In this document: piece after piece, positions 62,125 through 64,000 of the stretch
Numbering within the stretch: position 1 is the first letter of the stretch
Layout of the letters: every line of letters begins with the position of its first letter
From: a virus
Virus record (IMG/VR): IMGVR_UViG_3300025030_000081
Location: 11,883-75,882 of that record
Reading direction: 5' to 3' (one strand)
Length of the DNA: 64,000 bases
Translations under genes and position numbers: made by a program
The notes under the pieces: model-generated
Seen by the model: the letters and a program-made list of their open reading frames with translations, nothing else
What the model was told of the DNA's origin: nothing
Databases searched by the model: none

Positions 62125-64000
62125 GTGGCCGAGCCATCTAACATGTTTGACACAGCTGACTGGTTTGCAGCTTCTCCAGAAGATCAAGCCCTGGTTGCCG
62201 AGGACCACTTCAATAAGGTTGTCGGTAATACCGCTGCTTTCCGTAATGCCGATGCAGCGGGCCAAGCTGATCTCAGGTTAGCCCACAAAATGCTGCTCGA
62301 AGAAAGCACCTTGAAGAGCCCCCACAATCCAACCATACGCAAAGCTCAGGAAGCCCAGGCCAAGGTCGATGGTCAGGGGTTTCTGGAGAATATCAAAGAT
62401 ACCATCGTGCGTTCCCACCAGGAGGCGATTAGTCTGCTTCCCCTGGGAAACGACGCCATCCGGATGGATGGCACCATGGATCCGGGGGCGTACGGTCAGG
62501 CGGTCAAGTACCTGCAGAAAAGGGCCGCAGCTCCCCAGACGCTGGAACGCAAGCAGATAGACGTGGACATGGCCTCCTGGCGCAATAGCCACGATCACAG
62601 TGACTTGGCGGGTAAATTCAAAGCCGGATTAAAACTGGCCAGTGACTTCGTCACCAATCCTACAGGTGTCGCCCAGCTGGCGGCTGAGTCAACTTCGTCG
62701 ATTACCGCGGGGTGGGTGGGCGGTAAAACCGGTGCCCTTGCCGGTACGGGTGTAGCTGCTGCTGCAGCTGCTGCAACCGGCGGTGCGGCTGCTCCGATTG
62801 CTGCGGTGACTGTACCGGTCGGTGCAATGGCCGGCTCTGTGGCTTCACTGTCAGGACAGGCCGCAACACAGAAATACCTGGACAATCTCGGCAAGGCGAT
62901 GACGGAGCGTAAGATCCCGTTGACTGAAGCCAACATGAAACAGTTCGTAGAGACCAATCCGGAACTGGTCAAAGAGCTGCAGACAAGCGCCGTAAAATAC
63001 GGCGCCGGCATGGGGTTAGTCGATCGACTCTTGGGTGGTGTCGGTGGACGCTTAGCAACCGCACCCGAGAGAGCGGCGAGTAGGGTGGCCCGAGCGTCAG
63101 CGAAGGGAGCACCCGGCCGAGCCGCGATCTCGGAGATAGCACAAACAACAGGAAAATCAGTCGACGAGGCAACCGAACTCTACGTGAATAGTCAGGCCCG
63201 GGCAACAATGGCGGAACAGACATTCAAGTCAAAGATTGGGCGCAAGGCTGCAAACTATGGCGTACAAGTTGCCAGTGAGCCGGTTTCTGAAGCTGCCGGT
63301 ATGGTCGCTGCGGGTGAGGAGATAAAAGCGGAGGATCTGATCCTTGAAACTGTCGGCGGTATCGGGGCCGGTCCTTACGCCGCCGCAGTGGATAAGTCTC
63401 TCTTCGGTACGAAACTGGCTAAAGAGCAGACCACGAACTTCGCCAAGAAGATCCTGGCCGGCACCCCGGAATCCCGGGCGGTGGCCGAGGTCCAGAAGCA
63501 GGAGCTCAAGACGGCGAAGGCACAGAACAACGCTCCGGCCGATTTCAACCATGACAAGGAAGTGGCGGCAACCGAGATCAGCGATCCGAAAGTGGCCGAG
63601 TGGGCGGATCCGAAGCATGCCTCCTATAACCCCGTCAAAGCAGTGAAGGTGCTGGCCAAGGAAGAGAATCCTGATGCCGACCATGTCGACCGGACCCGCC
63701 AAGTTTACCTCGATTACCGTGACTCCGTAATGGAGTCGATGGACCGGTGGGAAGCGGAAATGAACGAGGCCAAGACCTTCGCGGACAAGGGCGAAGTGGG
63801 CAAGGCCGCGATTGCCCAGAAGGCCGCCGATACTACAGCGCAGATCATAGAGACGAAGCAGAAGACGCTCAAGCAGATAGCCGACCAGGTCAACAACGTG
63901 AAGGCGCGGGCAGAGCTGTCGGCCAAGGCCCGGACAGTCAAGCCGATCGACCCGGAGACTGCCACTCCGGACGAGCTCACTGAGCATATCACGGAATCCC
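62125..64000 (+). CDS. Virion RNA polymerase N-terminal part (runs off window end; not in ORF track)
   Basis: AGGAG RBS then GTG 62125; frame open for about 625 codons (MAEPSNMFDTADWF...); Gly/Ala hydrophobic segment; synteny. Confidence 0.8.
   Translation, partial: MAEPSNMFDTADWFAASPEDQALVAEDHFNKVVGNTAAFRNADAAGQADLRLAHKMLLEESTLKSPHNPTIRKAQEAQAKVDGQGFLENIKDTIVRSHQEAISLLPLGNDAIRMDGTMDPGAYGQAVKYLQKRAAAPQTLERKQIDVDMASWRNSHDHSDLAGKFKAGLKLASDFVTNPTGVAQLAAESTSSITAGWVGGKTGALAGTGVAAAAAAATGGAAAPIAAVTVPVGAMAGSVASLSGQAATQKYLDNLGKAMTERKIPLTEANMKQFVETNPELVKELQTSAVKYGAGMGLVDRLLGGVGGRLATAPERAASRVARASAKGAPGRAAISEIAQTTGKSVDEATELYVNSQARATMAEQTFKSKIGRKAANYGVQVASEPVSEAAGMVAAGEEIKAEDLILETVGGIGAGPYAAAVDKSLFGTKLAKEQTTNFAKKILAGTPESRAVAEVQKQELKTAKAQNNAPADFNHDKEVAATEISDPKVAEWADPKHASYNPVKAVKVLAKEENPDADHVDRTRQVYLDYRDSVMESMDRWEAEMNEAKTFADKGEVGKAAIAQKAADTTAQIIETKQKTLKQIADQVNNVKARAELSAKARTVKPIDPETATPDELTEHITES

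Noticed and set aside
63990-64000. Direct circular join of window end to window start
   Set aside because: Frames do not match across the join and the polymerase catalytic core is missing, so more sequence lies outside the window
1-64000. Prophage integration module or alternative genetic code
   Set aside because: No integrase or host flanking genes seen; core genes are full length in the standard code

Overview
The window is most of the genome of an N4-like podophage (Schitoviridae), circularly permuted and cut inside the giant virion RNA polymerase gene. The N-terminus of that gene lies at 62125-64000 and the C-terminus at 1-4150. The two ends are not in frame with each other and the catalytic middle is outside the window. 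Early and middle genes run on the minus strand from about 42.35 kb down to 7.4 kb: gp2-like, RNAP1/RNAP2, WGR-ligase, AAA/vWA pair, Dda-like helicase, DNA polymerase, exonuclease, primase, gp44, SSB and ThyX. Late genes run on the plus strand from about 45.7 kb: terminase, gp67-like, portal, major capsid, gp55-gp51-like, vRNAP and tail fibre. Mobile elements target core genes: a group I intron in the primase Walker A motif, an HNH gene that splits the DNA polymerase into two genes, an Ala-starting class-3-type intein in the terminase, and two more free-standing HNH genes. The least explained parts are (i) the 42.5-45.5 kb divergence region, with ~55-bp tandem repeats, four palindromic operator-like sites (two inside sigma70-like promoters), a paralogous small-protein family, a Tad2/DUF2829 protein and a RepL-like HTH protein; (ii) a ~460-nt array of structured RNA-like modules at 21.1-21.6 kb, plus several other structured intergenic elements; and (iii) no recognisable lysis cassette. 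Family assignments come from recognised motifs and N4 synteny, not from database searches.
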